A stretch of DNA of 64,000 nucleotides from a virus (Duplodnaviria; Caudoviricetes). Shown here in pieces: positions 10,943-22,425 of the stretch (position 1 is its first letter; each line of letters starts with the position of its first letter). The notes beneath the pieces were generated by a model. The model did not search any database. It saw only the letters and a program-made list of their open reading frames with translations, and had not been told where the DNA came from. Both the position numbers and the translations under genes were made by a program. The DNA lies in the IMG/VR virus record IMGVR_UViG_2700988794_000001, positions 45,559 through 109,558 of that record, one strand, 5' to 3'.

Positions 10943-12123
10943 ATGACTGAAGTCCGTTCCCGTAGCCGTCCCGCTGCCGCACCTGCCGCCGTGCAACCTG
11001 TTGCACCGACCATCGCCACACCCGCCTACAATCGTGGCGAGTTGGCTGGCGTCCTGAAGGCCGTCAACAAGAGCCATGGCGAGGGCATCATCTCCCGTGG
11101 CAACGTCAAGCCCGTGATCGAGCATATCCCCACCGGCATCTTTGCGCTCGACATGGCGACCTTCGGCGGCATCCCGCAGGGCCTTGTGACGCTGCTCTAC
11201 GGCTGGGAAAGCTCCGGCAAGACGACACTCTCCATGAAGGCCATCGCGGGCGCTCAGAAGAAGTACCCGTCGAAGGCTGTCACGGTTATCGACATCGAAG
11301 GCACCTTCGATATGAATTGGGCTCGCAACGGCCACGGCGTCGATACCGACAGTCTGGTCTACGTCAGCCCGTCCTCTGGCGAGCAGGCGCTGGATATCGC
11401 CGATGGCATCTTGCGTGCCGAGGAGACCTCGCTGATCCTGGTGGATAGCTTGGCCGCGCTCATCCCCACCAAGGAACTGGAGAAGAGCTTCGAAGACGGC
11501 GTCGTCGGCGAGCAGGCGCGTCTGATCGGTCGCTTCGTCCGCAAGGTGCAGCAAGCCGTCCTGGAAGAACGTCGCCGTGGGCACGCTCCTGCCATCATCC
11601 TGGTCAACCAGTGGCGCTACAAGGTCGGCGTCATGCACGGCGATCCTCGCACCCTTCCGGGCGGCATGGCGCAGCACTACGTGGCCGGTCTCAAGATCGA
11701 TATCAAGAACAAGGAAAAAGCCGGTCGCGATGATCGTAACATCGAAGTGATCGACTACAACGAGCACTCGTTCACCATCGCCAAAAACAAGATGGGCAAC
11801 GGCATCCGCACGGGTGAGTTCGAGATGATCCGCAACCCGTCGCATTGGCTCGGGCCGGGCTTCATTGACGACGCCAAGACCGTTGTCTCCTACGCCATCA
11901 AGATGGGCCTTGTCGGCGGCTCCGGGGTCGCTACACCTTTGACGGCCTCCCCAATGAGACCTTCCGCAAGTACGATGACATCGCCGAATACATGTACCAA
12001 GACCTGGACTTCTTCGACGCCACCAAGCATCGCCTGATCTCGCTTCAGCGCATTGCTTCCGGCCTCGAAGGCACGGGCTGGTACGTACCGGAAAGCCAGC
12101 AACTCTTGCAGGCCGCAGAATGA
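10943..12123 (+). CDS. recA: RecA recombinase (frameshift ~11925)
   Basis: IPTGIFALD, GWESSGKTT, DIEG, LVDSLAAL, VNQWR, PGG, KNK. Confidence 0.93.
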
Positions 12124-12248
12124 GGGGCTACATCGGTATCATCGTTGTCATGGTCGGCGTCAGCGTCGGCCTTGTCACCCTCAAGTATAGCGCTTGCCGA
12201 TACGAGAACCTCGGCAGGCTCTACTGCGCTTTCCAGAGCATCCGCTGA
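12120..12248 (+). CDS. small membrane protein (42 aa)
   Basis: MRGYIGIIVVMVGVSVGLVTLK...; start and stop overlap both neighbours. Confidence 0.5.
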   Translation: MRGYIGIIVVMVGVSVGLVTLKYSACRYENLGRLYCAFQSIR

Positions 12249-12613
12249 TGGCCCTCGCAACTCCCAAGCGGCTGCAAGCGCCGACACCCTCACATGCCCG
12301 CTCCAAGGTGCAGGAGAAGACGCAAGCCAAGCGCGTCGGCGGCAAGGTCACTACCGGCTCTGGCAACAAATATGAGAAGGGCGATGTCCGACTGAAAGGT
12401 GTCGCCCGGATCGAAGCCAAGACCACGAAGAACTCCAGCTACAGCGTCACCAAAGAGACGATCCGCAAGCTGGAAGACGCGTGCTTCGGAGCGGGGGAAA
12501 TCCCGATCCTCCACGTCGAGCTTGAGCTTGGCAACTGCAAGTTTGTCGTCATGCCAGATTATGCCCTGGACATGGTTCTGGACGTACTGAGGGAAAAGAA
12601 TGGCACTGCTTAG
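12248..12613 (+). CDS. PD-(D/E)XK Holliday junction resolvase-like nuclease
   Basis: QE..A, GSG...KGDV...IEAKTT. Confidence 0.75.
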   Translation: MALATPKRLQAPTPSHARSKVQEKTQAKRVGGKVTTGSGNKYEKGDVRLKGVARIEAKTTKNSSYSVTKETIRKLEDACFGAGEIPILHVELELGNCKFVVMPDYALDMVLDVLREKNGTA

Positions 12614-13531
12614 GAACATTGTCCGGGCCGCACAGGGCAGCACAGCAGCCAGGGAGGGCCAACCAATGACGGGATACCCGTGGCCCCTCGCGGCCTCATG
12701 CCACGCATGCCGACGATCCCTGATGACTACATTAAGGAAACCGTCAAGCGCCTGGACAACGCTCCGCAGGCGTCCCGGCTCAACCACCCAGGCTATGTGC
12801 ACGTCTCCTCCCTGATCAACGTCTGTGCCCGGCAATACGCCCTCGCACACCGCTACCAAGTCGAGGTGATGGAAGCTAGCCCGACCGGCGGTCACCGTGT
12901 CATGTGGAAGATCGGGCGCGCTGTCGAAAAGCATGTCCGGTCGCAGTTCATCGTTGGGCAGGGCCGTCAAGGTATCTATGGCGTCTGGAAGTGCATGTGC
13001 GGTCGCATCGACCATCTCGGCATGTTCCCCGCCCGCACATGTAACTATTGTGGAGAGCAGGCCACCAAGTATTGCGAGCCTGTTCTTCATGATGACGAGA
13101 ACAAGATCGTCGGTTCGCCGGATATCACCTTCCTCGTCGGGCGCTATTACTTCGTGCCGGTCGAACTGAAGTCTATGAACAAGACGGATTGGGATGCGCT
13201 CGAAGCGCCAGTGCCCGATCATATCGCCCAGGCGGCAATGTATCGGCACCTCTACTCTATCAAGGGCTACCACGTTCACGACAACGTGAAATTCGTCTAC
13301 ACGACCAAGGACTTCAAATGGGGTGATCCCTATAAAGAGTATCAGGTCGATTGCACCCAAGAAGCCGTCGTCAACGTGGTTAACGCCATGGTCGAAGCGG
13401 CTCGCCGTATCAGGGTGTCGGGCGAGACCCGCACCTTGCCAAATCGTACCGTGTGCCGGACGGCGGGCAATTCCCGCGCCAAGGCTTGCCCGGTCGCACA
13501 CCTTTGTTTCTCTATGGGAGAGAGCCAGTGA
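12600..13531 (+). CDS. Cas4-like PD-(D/E)XK exonuclease (frameshift ~12670)
   Basis: HVSSL..CAR, GSPD, VELKS, QAAMY, C-terminal C..CP...C cluster. Confidence 0.75.
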
Positions 13532-14130
13532 ACAACGACATATACGCACAGTTCCTCCGGTCATCGCAGCCGGTCGAGGGCTATGAGCATGGCATGACCG
13601 TCATGGGTATCGATCCGAGCCCGAACAACACAGGCATCGCTATCCTCTCGATGGGCAGGATCAAGTTCTTCACCATCGGTTGGGGAACCGAGGTCAATCA
13701 GGTGGAACGGCTGGCGCTCTTCAGCGAGGAGATCGACGGCATCTTGAGCCGCTACGAGCCGAAGGCTATCGCCATTGAGGGCTACTCGTTCGCCTCCAAG
13801 TTCTCGCAGTCGCACAAGCTTGGCGAACTCGGCGGCACGATCAAGCTGGCGATCCGGCGCTACTCGAAGCAGACCAACGCCCCGCTGATCATCACCCCGC
13901 CGACGACCCTGAAGCAGTTCGTTCGCGGCATCGGCAAGGGCAGCAAAGCGGACATGCTCAAGGACGCCAAAGCCCGCTGGGAATTTAAAACATCTCAAAA
14001 CGACGAAATCGACGCGGGTGCACTTGCATTTGTAGCCGCCACGGTGCAGTACCGTGCAGACCAAAAATTCGGTCATGTCCTCTTCCACGATGGGAAGGGC
14101 AAGGGAGGGGTGGAAGTCTTTAAGTGGTGA
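13528..14130 (+). CDS. RuvC-like resolvase
   Basis: GIDPSPNNTG, IEGY, PTTLK, NDEIDA. Confidence 0.85.
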   Translation: MNNDIYAQFLRSSQPVEGYEHGMTVMGIDPSPNNTGIAILSMGRIKFFTIGWGTEVNQVERLALFSEEIDGILSRYEPKAIAIEGYSFASKFSQSHKLGELGGTIKLAIRRYSKQTNAPLIITPPTTLKQFVRGIGKGSKADMLKDAKARWEFKTSQNDEIDAGALAFVAATVQYRADQKFGHVLFHDGKGKGGVEVFKW

Positions 14131-14138
14131 TATTTTGT

Positions 14139-14189
14139 TGCAACTTGTTGCAGCGAGGTGTTGACAAAGGATTATTCCTCCCTTAGATT
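14139..14189 (+). promoter_or_regulatory. palindrome + phage promoter
   Basis: TTGACA 14161-AAGGATTATTCCTCCCT-TAGATT. Confidence 0.85.
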
Positions 14190-14236
14190 GCAGTTGTGAA
14201 GTGAAGATTGGAAGCCAACAAATGGAGGTTTTACCT

Positions 14237-15592
14237 ATGGCATCCGAGTACAAGCAAGGCGACATTGTCGCGTTCAAAGACTACGAAGACAGCGCCAAGG
14301 CGGCTGAAGGTTTTGTGGCCATCCTGGAACCCGGCCAGACCCTTCGGATCGAAAAGGTCGGCGATGACGGTTCTCTGATCGTCGTTGCGATTGACGAGGA
14401 AGGCGCTGCCATTCTCGGCGACGACAACAAGCCGGTCGCAGATCAGGTGTTCCCGGAAGAAGTCGAAGAACTCGCTGGCGACGAAGCCACCGAAGAAACC
14501 GACACGGACGGCGCATCCGCCACCGACGCCGCCACGGCTGAAGAAGCCGCTCCGGCCAAGACCGAAGCCCCGGCCCCGGCTGGCAAGCGTGCCGCTGGAA
14601 CCGGCAAGGCAAAGCCCGCTGCTGCCGTGAAGGAAAAGGCACCTACCGCCGCCGAGAAGAAGGCGAAGGAAAAGGCCGACGCCAAGGCGGCTGCTGAAAA
14701 GGCAAAGGCTGACGCCGCTGCCAAGAAGCTCGCCGACAAGGAAGCTGCCGACAAGGCCAAGGCGGACGCCAAGGCTGCGAAGGAAGCCGAGAAGCAGAAG
14801 AAGGCCGAAGCCAAGCTGGCAACGCCGGACAATGATGACCCGCTGATGATCCGGGTGGACGAGACCAAGACGGTCACCGAAATCCTGAAGGACCAGTCGG
14901 CTCTCGAAGCGGCCAAGATGCTGGTCAATCGTTCGGAGCAGACCGACTTCACCCTCGGCGGCGTTCTGCACAACATCTACGTGACCGGCGCGTTCAAGTC
15001 GATTGGCTACGACGGCAAGCGCGGCTTCTCCGACTACGTGGAAAGCGAACTCGGCGTTCAGTACCGCAAGGCGCGCTACCTGATCACCATCTACACCACG
15101 TTCGCCCAGGTGTTCCGCGCCAAGGGTATCACGGAAGACGACCTCCTGAAGCTCGGCTGGTCGAAGGCCAAGGAACTCGCCCGTATCCCGGTCAACAAGC
15201 TGGTCGAAGACTACGACAAGCTCATCGCCATGGCCGTGGACAAGGAGAAGTCCCGCGACGATCTCATCGCGCACATCAAGGACAACTACGAAGTCGTCCA
15301 GCGTGAAGAAACCGTCAAGGCCATCGACCTGAAGTTCCGTCTGGTCGCCGACGCCGCTGACGTGGTCAATCAGGCCCTGGAAAAGGCCAAGGGTCTCGTC
15401 GGCGAAGGCGCTGACCTCAACAAGGCCCTGGAATACATGGCTGGCGATTGGCTGAACACAGCCGCAAGCGAAACGACGATGACGCTCCAGTCGTTGATCG
15501 ACTTGGCTTCGGCTCAGTTCGGTGTTACCCTGGTCGCCGCCGAGGAAGGTTCCACTTCGGAAGCCGGTGAAGTAGCCGAACAGGCCGCTTAA
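14237..15592 (+). CDS. DNA-binding protein with Ala/Lys-rich histone-like linker and HTH-like domain
   Basis: AK-rich repeats; FSDYVESELGVQYRKARYLI..LGWSKAKEL; own promoter and terminator. Confidence 0.6.
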   Translation: MASEYKQGDIVAFKDYEDSAKAAEGFVAILEPGQTLRIEKVGDDGSLIVVAIDEEGAAILGDDNKPVADQVFPEEVEELAGDEATEETDTDGASATDAATAEEAAPAKTEAPAPAGKRAAGTGKAKPAAAVKEKAPTAAEKKAKEKADAKAAAEKAKADAAAKKLADKEAADKAKADAKAAKEAEKQKKAEAKLATPDNDDPLMIRVDETKTVTEILKDQSALEAAKMLVNRSEQTDFTLGGVLHNIYVTGAFKSIGYDGKRGFSDYVESELGVQYRKARYLITIYTTFAQVFRAKGITEDDLLKLGWSKAKELARIPVNKLVEDYDKLIAMAVDKEKSRDDLIAHIKDNYEVVQREETVKAIDLKFRLVADAADVVNQALEKAKGLVGEGADLNKALEYMAGDWLNTAASETTMTLQSLIDLASAQFGVTLVAAEEGSTSEAGEVAEQAA

Positions 15593-15649
15593 TCAGGCGG
15601 GGGAGGGGAGGTGGTTAGCCTCCATTCTCCTCTCCCCTCCCATACATAG

Positions 15650-15670
15650 GCCCGCTTCGGCGGGCTTTTT
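15650..15670 (+). terminator. intrinsic terminator
   Basis: GCCCGC-TTCG-GCGGGC-TTTTT. Confidence 0.85.
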
Positions 15671-15673
15671 CTT

Positions 15674-15724
15674 TGCAACTTGTTGCACTTAGCTGTTGCC
15701 AAAGGAACGGTTCTACGTTAGATT
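15674..15724 (+). promoter_or_regulatory. palindrome + phage promoter
   Basis: TTGCCA 15696-AAGGAACGGTTCTACGT-TAGATT. Confidence 0.85.
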
Positions 15725-15752
15725 ATAAACATCGAAACGGAGAACCACCGCA

Positions 15753-16343
15753 ATGAACACCCCCACTACTGCAAAGCATCTCCAGGGCGTAATGCACCTC
15801 CTCCCGGCCAAGGACCAGTCCTTCGCGAAGAGCCTGATCAGCGCCCGTAACCCGACCGAGAAGCAACTCTTCTGGATCGGCAAGCTGTTCGACCGCGCCG
15901 TAGGTGCCGAGTGCAAGCCGGAGCGCGAGACCGCCACGGTCGGCGACATGGCTGGCATCAACGCAATGTTCGACCGCATCGGCAAGACCAAGCTCCGCCG
16001 CCCGGCTATCGTGCTCCACACCGACTACTGCGGAGATGTCCGCCTCAACGTCGCCGGTCCCGGTGCCCAGGTGCCCGGCTCGATCAACGTGGTCGCTGTC
16101 GATGGCGGACAGTGGTTCGGTCGCGTCACCAAGTCTGGCGTGTTCGAGAAGTCCTTCAAGCATGAGACGCCCGACAGTGTCGTGGACATCCTCCGCGAGT
16201 TCGCCGCCGAGCCCCTGGAGGTTGCGGCTCGCCACGGCAAGCTGACAGGCCGCTGCTGCTTCTGCAACCACGGTCTGAAAGACCCGAAGTCCACCGCCCG
16301 TGGCTACGGCCCTATTTGTGCTCGTGCCTGGGTTGGGGCGTAA
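15753..16343 (+). CDS. DUF6011-like zinc-finger protein
   Basis: CCFCNHGLKDPKSTARGYGPICA C-terminus. Confidence 0.7.
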   Translation: MNTPTTAKHLQGVMHLLPAKDQSFAKSLISARNPTEKQLFWIGKLFDRAVGAECKPERETATVGDMAGINAMFDRIGKTKLRRPAIVLHTDYCGDVRLNVAGPGAQVPGSINVVAVDGGQWFGRVTKSGVFEKSFKHETPDSVVDILREFAAEPLEVAARHGKLTGRCCFCNHGLKDPKSTARGYGPICARAWVGA

Positions 16344-16461
16344 GCCCTTCCTCACGGTGAAACTTGTTGCACTCGAATTTTGTTGCCTACATATGTTGAC
16401 CTGTATATAGTGGTACGCTGGGAACGGCACCCACCACATACAGACATCATTGGAGCAATGG

Positions 16462-18875
16462 ATGAGTACCGAAGCGGCAACGTATCGCCAGTTCGCGCCC
16501 GGCATGGGCCAAGCAGTAGCAGAGCGGACCATTCTCCGCAAAATTCTCAAGGATGGTATCGAACTTCCGAGCCTTCTCTCGGTTCACCCCAAAGACCCAG
16601 ATCGTGGTCATATCATCCGCATCTGCCAGGAACGTGGCATCGGCTTCGCTCTCGACCCGGAACAAGAAATCCGCTTCGCGAACTACCTGGAATGGGAGAA
16701 TTGGGCCACGTCGCCGACCGCGTATCGCACGGCAACTCCCTTCTTGACCCTCGTGGCTCAGTCCACCGTGCAGACGAATTCTTCTCGATGCTGCACCATC
16801 TCCGCCAAGCTTCGATCCTGATGTCCGGTCGCCACCTTCAGCACGGCGACGAAAATCAGCCCACCCGCAACATGGAAGTCTTCACCAACTGCTCCACGGC
16901 GGCAACTACCTTCCTCCTCTTCTATCTCCTCCTCAATGGTTCTGGCGTCGGTCGCTCATACGATGACGCCATGATCAAGGCCGACCTCAACTTCATGCCC
17001 ATCGTCGTGCCGACCATCGAATGGTCACACCCAGATGCAGCAAGCGGCGCGGTCACCGGCTTCCTCACGAAGCGCGATGCCGAGCATCTCTATGCCGGTC
17101 GCAAGATCACCGTCTTCAACGTCCCTGATGACCGCGAAGGATGGGCCAAGGCAATCGAGAAGATCGAAGTCATGGCTCGCCAGAAGCGCCGCGAGGAAGT
17201 GCTGATCCTGGAGTTCTCTGGCGTCCGCGAGAAGGTCGCCCGATCATGGGCATGCAGGTCGCCCGGCTTCCGGTCCCGGCCCGCTGATGTCCGCCATCGC
17301 CAACATCGCCAAGCTTCGTGACGCAGGCATGGAACCGTGGCGCGCTACCATGTACGCCGACCACTACGCCGCCGAGTGCGTGCTCGTGGGTGGTGCCCGC
17401 CGTGCCGCTCGCATGGCTACCAAGCACTGGAAAGACAAGACCATCTTCGGCTTCATCGAACTGAAGCGTGGTGGGTTCCTCTGGTCTTCGAACAACTCCA
17501 TCGCCATTGACGATGAGTTCCGCCAGCGCGTGACGAAGGTGGTCAACCTGATCGGCTCCCAGGACGTTCCTGGTTCTGTCGGTTACGCAACGATCCTCCG
17601 TTGCTCTGGTCAGATCGATGAGTGGGACTTGCATGCCTATAAGGTTCTCTGCGAACTGGCGAAGGCTGCGTACCACGACAAGACCGGCGAGCCGGCCTGA
17701 TCAACGTGGACAAGCTCACCCACAAGAACGACGGCATTCAGGCATACGTTGACGGCCTCTACGCCGAGGGCAACAAGTACGCTCCCGACGAAGACGCTCG
17801 CCAGCTTATGATCGACATCGCCGAGGTGGTGCTGGGTCTCAGCTACACGATGATCACCAATCCGTGTGGCGAGATTTGTTTGCTACTCTTAGGTGCATAC
17901 TGTGTCATCGCCGACGTGGTGCCCTTCCATGCGCAGAACGATGACGACGCCGAAGACGCCTTCCGCACCGCCGTCCGTGCCCTCATCCGTACCAACCTCA
18001 TGGACTGCCTCTATAACCGCGAGGTGTCGCGCACCAACCGCATCGGCGTCGGCATCACCGGGTTCCATGAATGGGCCTATGCCCGCTTCGGCTTCACGTG
18101 GCACGATCTCGTGGACGAGGAGAAGTCCAAGGAACTCTGGATGACGCTTGCCCGGTTCAAGCGCGCCATTGACGACGAAGCCCAGACCTATTCGAAGGTG
18201 CTTGGCGTCACCGTCCCGCACACCAACACGACGTTCAAGCCCGCAGGCACAACGTCCAAGCTGTTCGGCCTCACTGAAGGCGCACACCTTCCGTCGATGC
18301 GCGAATACCTTCGCTGGGTGCAGTTCCGCCACGACGACCCGCTCGTGCAGCAGTACGAAGAACGCGGCTACCCGATCATGCACCTGAAGAGCTACGAGGG
18401 AACCACAGTTGTAGGCTTCCCGACAAGGCCGACCATCTGCGATCTCGGAAGCTCGGAATGGGTGGTCACCGCCGCCGAGGCAACGCCGGAAGACCAGTAC
18501 CAGTTCCTCCGCAACCTGGAGAAATACTGGATACACGGCGTGGACGAAGACGGTGCCCCGCTTCCCGGCGAAACTGGCAATCAGGTCAGCTACACCCTGA
18601 AGTACGATCCGGAAGTCGTGACGTTCGAGCAGTTCTTCCACACCCTGATCGAAGGTCAGTTCTCCATCCGTTGCTGCTCTGTCATGCCGCAGGCCGACAC
18701 GTCCGCCTACGAGTACCAGCCGGAGACGCCTGTCTCGAAGCATGAGTTCGAGATGATCGCCGAGCAAATCGCTGAAGCCGGTCGCATGGATGAAGACATC
18801 GGCAAGGAGCATATCGACTGCTCGACGGGCGCTTGCCCTGTTGACTTCGTGGCCGATGAGAAAGAGGATGCATGA
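16462..18875 (+). CDS. class II (adenosylcobalamin-dependent) ribonucleotide reductase (several frameshifts)
   Basis: SGRHLQHG, LLLNGSGVG, VGGARRAA, TNPCGEI, RIGVG, KPAGTTSK, C-terminal CSTGACP; split across 4 ORFs. Confidence 0.88.
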
Positions 18876-19087
18876 GCACTAAAGCCTACCGGAAATACCG
18901 GAAGAACTATGACAAGGTCCGGGCGGACCCGACAGACCTGAAAGCAGGTATCAAGATGCTCTATTGGGCGTCCAAGGCCTACGAGCAGGGTCATCCAGAG
19001 GTAAGCTGGGCTTGGTTCCAGCGCTTACAGGTGGATTTCCTTCAGGTTGTGGTCGCATGGAGAGCGAAACAGGAGGGGGCTTTATAG
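18872..19087 (+). CDS. hypothetical protein
   Basis: Start overlaps the RNR stop. Confidence 0.6.
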   Translation: MSTKAYRKYRKNYDKVRADPTDLKAGIKMLYWASKAYEQGHPEVSWAWFQRLQVDFLQVVVAWRAKQEGAL

Positions 19088-19151
19088 CCCCCTTTCTCTT
19101 GCAACGTGTTGCACGATACTATATGGTCGCGAACACATGTAGGAGATAGGC

Positions 19152-19358
19152 ATGGACGCAACGGAAAGTCTGCCGCCAGCGTTGAAGGGGTTCCTGATCA
19201 ACATGATCAAAGAAACCATGTATGACGCGGGCTACAATGCCGAGCAAGTGCTCAAGCATCTTGCCGAGGTAGAGCCGACGCTCGACAAGATGAGCCACGA
19301 AGAAGTAACGCTGAAGCTCCTGCATGAGATGTCGGACAGCGCCTATCACTTTTGCTGA
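19152..19358 (+). CDS. hypothetical protein
   Basis: AGGAG RBS. Confidence 0.65.
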   Translation: MDATESLPPALKGFLINMIKETMYDAGYNAEQVLKHLAEVEPTLDKMSHEEVTLKLLHEMSDSAYHFC

Positions 19359-19825
19359 TGGGCAAGAAGCGCCGACATACGCGGGTGCCGCCCAAGCCCA
19401 AGAGCTACAGCCGGGCGCTCCCTGGTCAGTGCCGGTTCTGCGCTAAGCCCATCTTCAAGAACGGCTTCATCCACAAGCGGGCGCAATGGCATCCTATGTG
19501 CGCCCTCACCTGGACGATCATGAACAGCCCCAAGGACGCCCGGCGGTTCGTCTTCATCCGAGACCACGGTATCTGCGCACACTGCAACTACGATTGCTCT
19601 CCGCAGGGACCGGACCACGCCCGGCAGATCGTCCAAAAGCTCATGCAGGGCTTCGAGGTGCGGAAGCTGGGAAACTGGCAGCTTGACCATATCGTGCCGC
19701 TGTTCGCCGCTCAGGGTAACCCAGATATGTGGAAGCTGCCGAACATGCAGACGTTGTGCGAGAAGTGCCACGTCAAGAAGTCGAAACAAGACAACGAAAC
19801 CTATTCGGAGTTCCTCTGCTCATGA
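19358..19825 (+). CDS. HNH endonuclease
   Basis: RDHGICAHC, LDHIVPL, NMQTLCEKCH. Confidence 0.85.
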   Translation: MGKKRRHTRVPPKPKSYSRALPGQCRFCAKPIFKNGFIHKRAQWHPMCALTWTIMNSPKDARRFVFIRDHGICAHCNYDCSPQGPDHARQIVQKLMQGFEVRKLGNWQLDHIVPLFAAQGNPDMWKLPNMQTLCEKCHVKKSKQDNETYSEFLCS

Positions 19826-20429
19826 GCGCGAAGCCAACCATCAAGTTCGAGACCTCGATCCAGCAGAAGGGCAAGATCGCCCTGGTCCCGGTCATTCACC
19901 AGCCTTCATCGTCCTGATGGATAGCCTCTACCCGACCCTCGTCTCCGGCTCGACCGAACGCAAGGGTGAAGGCTTCAGCGCCTTCCGGGTGGACGGTGAC
20001 ATGCCGGAGTTCATCGGCTCGTTCACTGGCATGTGCCTCGCTTCGGTGCGCAAGAACCCGTGGTTCGAGGATGACCAGCAGTGGTTCCTTCGCGCCTTGC
20101 TGGCAGGCATGAGCCTCAAGGGCTTCCAGGAGGATCACCGCTCCCGCTGCCACCCACACAACTATGGAACGCTCCGCCTCTGGGATAAGTTAGGCCTGGG
20201 AGCCAAGCGCACGACCCGTGGCGACTACATCAGCGTGACCCGCGATGAAGCCAGCCATGAGATGCTCCGGCTCGCCATGCGCGTCTGCAAGGAAGGCTAC
20301 GGCGATATCCGCGCCTACGCAGAGAAGAAGATGACGGCGATCACGGAAGAGCAGCTTGACAAGATCATGCCCTGCCCGACACTCGCCTTCCACGTCAATG
20401 CCGTCCGCGTGGACTGCTCCTTGACTTAG
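19822..20429 (+). CDS. hypothetical protein (frameshift ~19900)
   Basis: Joins two overlapping ORFs. Confidence 0.55.
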
Positions 20430-20432
20430 CCC

Positions 20433-20461
20433 TTGACAAAGGATTAGGGGGTTGTTAGATT
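20433..20461 (+). promoter_or_regulatory. phage promoter
   Basis: TTGACA-AAGGATTAGGGGGTTGT-TAGATT. Confidence 0.8.
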
Positions 20462-20466
20462 GTAGC

Positions 20467-21038
20467 ATGACAAATAATCCCCTATCCGCTCGCAAGTTTG
20501 GTCATTGGCATTGGGAGAAGCCCGACTTCGATGACCTGAAAATCCAACGGCTGGTCGAAGAGCACGTGCTCTTGGGCGCTCGCAATGGCCTAAGTGGTCA
20601 TGGCCTATCCCCGGCCCCTACAACGGCCACACAGGGCTTGAGAGGGTCGAGGGATGGAAGCGGGTATGGTTGGCTGTCCGCATGGGCCTGTTGCCTTCTC
20701 CGGCGCAGTGCTCCATCTGCTTCACCCGCACCGGCAGCTTCCAGTACCACAACGAAGACTACTCGCGCCCGCTCCAGGCTAAGCCGGTCTGCCAGTCCTG
20801 TCACAAGATCGTCCATATCCGTTTCAAGAACCCTGACAGTTGGTTGCAACTTGTTGCACGGCATCGCGTCGAGGGTTATCGGCAGTGGTTCGAAGACGCC
20901 CGGATGGCAGAGCGTAACACGGTCGATGGCAGGCACTTGCTCCAGATCACCACGAGGGTTGCCACCAAAGGCATGATGGCTCGCTCGCCTCGCACGGTTC
21001 GCCTGGAAGTAAGGCAAAGAACCCGCAAGACCGACTAG
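20467..21038 (+). CDS. zinc-binding HNH-like protein, probably leaderless (frameshift ~20570)
   Basis: PYNG..CSIC..HNEDYS..CQSCH..H; ATG lies 6 nt after the -10 box. Confidence 0.55.
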
Positions 21039-21099
21039 ACAAAGCCCACCCGAACATGTAGGTTTCCGTGATCTAGGCATCACACAGAGGGAAGCCAAC

Positions 21100-21737
21100 A
21101 TGAAGATCACGCTAGAACAGCGTGCGCTCGACAGTCTACAGCCATACGAGCGCAACTCCAAGAACCACGGCGACGGCGACATCGAAGCCATCGCCTCCTC
21201 CATCACCCGCTTCGGCTTCAACGATCCCATCGGCATCACGCCGGATGGCGTCATCGTTGAGGGCCATGGCCGCTACGAAGCCGCCCACCGCCTGGGCTCG
21301 ACACCGTGCCGGTCATCGTGATCGAAGGCGCAACAGAGCGCCAGATCGACCTCTACCGCATCGCTCACAACAAGATCGCCCTGTCCACCGGCTTCGACTT
21401 CGAAGTCTTGGTGGATACGCTGCGCGAGGTGTCAGAGCATGGCGAGGTGCAGATCGCCGACATGGGCTTCTCCATGGAAGCCTACGACAACCTCTGCCAG
21501 ATGTTCGCCCCCAACGAGGTGCGCGCCCGGCAGAACGGTTCGCGGCCTCAGTCGCACGAATACGATATCATCTTCGACAACAAGGAGCAGAAGGATACCT
21601 TCTCGAAGTTCCTCAAGCGGATGAAGGCTAAGCATCCCGACCTGGAAGAGGGCAGCGCCTTCCTCCTGTTCGCCAAGGAGCACATCGGAGACATCAGTGT
21701 CGGTGCCGCCCAGCAGGAGGAACAGCACAATGGCTAA
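21100..21737 (+). CDS. ParB/Srx-fold protein (frameshift ~21295)
   Basis: PYERNSKNH, SITRFGFNDPI, EGHGR, YRIAHNK. Confidence 0.85.
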
Positions 21738-22425
21738 GCAAGCCGTCAGCGAGATGCGCAACATCGCAATCGGTCTGCTCGACCCGGACCCGCGCAACGC
21801 CAAGGAGCACACGCCGACCCAGGTGGACCAGATCGTGGCGTCCATCACCGAATACGGCTTCGCCGACCCGGTTGGCGTCATCGAGCGGCCCGGCGGTCGC
21901 TACATGATCGTGGAAGGCCATGGGCGCGTCCTGGCATCTGGCAAGCTTGGCCTTGCCGAGGTGCCGTGCATCATCCTACCTCCGATGAGCGAGAACGAAC
22001 GGAAGGCCTACGCCATCGCCCACAACCAAATCCAGTCCATCACCGGCCTCGACATGGGCATTGTCGCTGAAGAGTTCGAACGCCTCGACGTGGGTGACAG
22101 CGACCACATGTCGCTCGGCTTCACCAGCGAAGACGTGCTCTTCCTCCTGCCCGACCCATCCGACAGCCCTGGCGGCAACGGTGGTCAGCTTGAAGATGGA
22201 AGCGACAGCGAGGAGGGCTACAACTCGAATAGCTGGAAGGGCTTCATCCCTCCGGTCTACAAGTCGAACCTCCGCTTCAACACCGAAGGCGACCAGCTTG
22301 CCTTCTATCAGTTCGTCAACGTTCTGCGCGGTCGCTACCTGACCGCTGCAACAATTGCAGAGCGTTTCGTCCTCTTCGTGGAAGAGTTCGACAAGTCGGA
22401 GGAGAGCGCCGATGCTGACGTTTGA
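21730..22425 (+). CDS. ParB/Srx-fold protein
   Basis: PRNAKEH, SITEYGFADP, EGHGR, YAIAHNQ. Confidence 0.85.
   Translation: MAKQAVSEMRNIAIGLLDPDPRNAKEHTPTQVDQIVASITEYGFADPVGVIERPGGRYMIVEGHGRVLASGKLGLAEVPCIILPPMSENERKAYAIAHNQIQSITGLDMGIVAEEFERLDVGDSDHMSLGFTSEDVLFLLPDPSDSPGGNGGQLEDGSDSEEGYNSNSWKGFIPPVYKSNLRFNTEGDQLAFYQFVNVLRGRYLTAATIAERFVLFVEEFDKSEESADADV

Noticed and set aside
12600-13531. Cas4-like gene as evidence of a CRISPR-Cas system
   Set aside because: Solo gene in a recombination module, which is common in phages
14560-14830. AK-rich repeats as TolA or a tandem DNA repeat
   Set aside because: No TM anchor and only low-complexity protein-level repetition
2239-18875. Split replication genes as pseudogenes, introns, inteins or programmed frameshifts
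   Set aside because: Breaks are single-base with no inserted sequence or consistent slippery sites and all motifs are intact; sequencing error is more likely
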